This document shows, piece by piece, positions 62,260 to 64,000 of a DNA stretch of 64,000 nt. Both the position numbers and the translations under genes were made by a program. Positions within the stretch are counted from its first letter, which is position 1, and every line of letters starts with the position of its first letter. This stretch comes from Octopus vulgaris. Taxonomy: Eukaryota. The stretch spans positions 94,488,001 through 94,552,000 of the forward strand of contig OX597824.1 of assembly GCA_951406725.2 (NCBI GenBank), read 5' to 3'. A model generated the notes under the pieces. It saw nothing but the letters and a program-made list of their open reading frames with translations. It was not told the origin of the DNA and made no database searches.

Positions 62260-63205
62260 ACACACACATTCATAAGCACATACACGCAAACACACACACA
62301 CACACATTCATAAGCACATACACGCAAACACACACACACACACATTCATAAGCACATACACGCAAACACACACACACACACATTCACATACACGCAAACA
62401 CACACACACACACATTCATAAGCACATACACTCAAACACACACACACACACATTCATAAGCACATACACGCAAACACACACACACACACATTCATAAGCA
62501 CATACACGCAAACACACACACACACACACATTCATAAGCACATACACGCAAACACACACACACACACACATTCATAAGCACATACACGCAAACACACACA
62601 CACACACATTCATAAGCACATACACGCAAACACACACACACACACACATTCATAAGCACATACACGCAAACACACACACACACACATTCATAAGCACATA
62701 CACGCAAACACACACACACACACATTCATAAGCACATACACGCAAACACACACACACACACATTCATAAGCACATACACGCAAACACACACACACACACA
62801 TTCATAAGCACATACATGCAAACACACACACACACACATTCATAAGCACATACACGCAAACACACACACACACACATTCATAAGCACATATACGCAAACA
62901 CACACACACACACATTCATAAGCACATACACGCAAACACACACACACACACATTCATAAGCACATACATGCAAACACACACACACACACATTCATAAGCA
63001 CATACATGCAAACACACACACACACACATTCATAAGCACATACACGCAAACACACACACACACACATTCATAAGCACATACATGCAAACACACACACACA
63101 CACATTCATAAGCACATACATGCAAACACACACACACACACATTCATAAGCACATACACGCAAACACACACACACACACATTCATAAGCACATACACGCA
63201 AACAC
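62260..63205. repeat. ~38-40-bp minisatellite built on (CA)n
   Basis: Unit TTCATAAGCACATACA(C/T)GCAAA(CA)n repeated more than 20 times. Confidence 0.95.
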
Positions 63206-63685
63206 ATTATACACACACAAAAACATATAGACAAGCACACACACACATGTATGAGCACATACACGCAAACACACACAAGCATAAATACAAGCACACACAT
63301 ACACACACAAAAACATAAACACATGTGCACACACACACACACACACCCACACCTGTGTTTCATACTGATGCAATAGTTTTGTTTGAATATCAGCTTTGTA
63401 AACTGAGACCAACAGCCTCTGTTTCTAGATTTCTATCTCATCCATGGACCAAGATGAAACGGCAACAACAATTACAATAATAATTGCAACAGTTTCTTAG
63501 ACAAGCACAAGGTCACAAAACTCTGGTGCCATGACTTGTCTACTTACCTCCCCCACCATCCGCCCCCTGCCGCCTGGCATCTTCCCCCACCCCAGCACAT
63601 CTCCCAGAAAGTCAAAAGGCAAAGTTGACCTTGGTGAGATGTCAAGATTTCTCAACATAGATACTACAATATTTCCTCATAAAAA

Positions 63686-64000
63686 GGCTGCAAGCTGGCA
63701 GAATCGTTAGCACGCTGGGCGAAATGCTTAGCAGTATTTCGTCTACCGCTGCGTTCTGAGTTCAAATTCCGCCGAGGTCGACTTTGCCGTTCATCCTTTG
63801 GGGGGGGGGGGGGGTCGATAAATTAAGTACTAGTTATGCTCTGGGGTCGATGTAATCGACTTAATACCTATGTCTGTCCTTGTTTGTCCCTTCTGTGTTT
63901 AGCCCCTTGTGGGTAGTAAAGAAATAGGTATTTCGTCTGTCTTTACGTCCTGAGTTCAGATACCACAAAGGTCGACTTTGCCTTTCATCCTTTCATGGTC
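63686..64000 (+). mobile_element. SINE family A multimer, running off the window end
   Basis: Head, body, junction GTAAAGAAATAGGTATTTCGTC, then a second body. Confidence 0.85.

Overview
This is repeat-rich, AT-rich animal genomic DNA, most likely Octopus, judging by its SINE and RTE families and microsatellites. None of the supplied ORFs is a real host gene: they come from microsatellites or transposon fragments. Two spliced host genes are read directly from the sequence. (1) ERH (enhancer of rudimentary homolog) is on the minus strand, with coding exons at 12426-12513, 12153-12273 and 3904-3997 and a probable first exon at 18008-18070. (2) SLC39A9/ZIP9 (zinc transporter) is on the plus strand, with its first coding exon at 34717-34812; I found no later exons in the window. 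The two genes are head-to-head, as in human, and two opposite-facing splice donors only ~220 bp apart at ~18.0-18.2 kb mark a probable bidirectional promoter. As assembled, ERH has a 21-aa N-terminal extension, while the canonical ERH-type 'ATG|GT' exon end faces ZIP9. The rest of the window is mobile DNA and simple repeats: tRNA-derived SINEs (some as fixed-junction concatemers), RTE, L1/Tx1, CR1 and R4-like LINE relics, Penelope-derived palindromes with hammerhead-like cores, Tc1/mariner, Helitron, piggyBac-like and Merlin-like MITEs, and micro/minisatellites.
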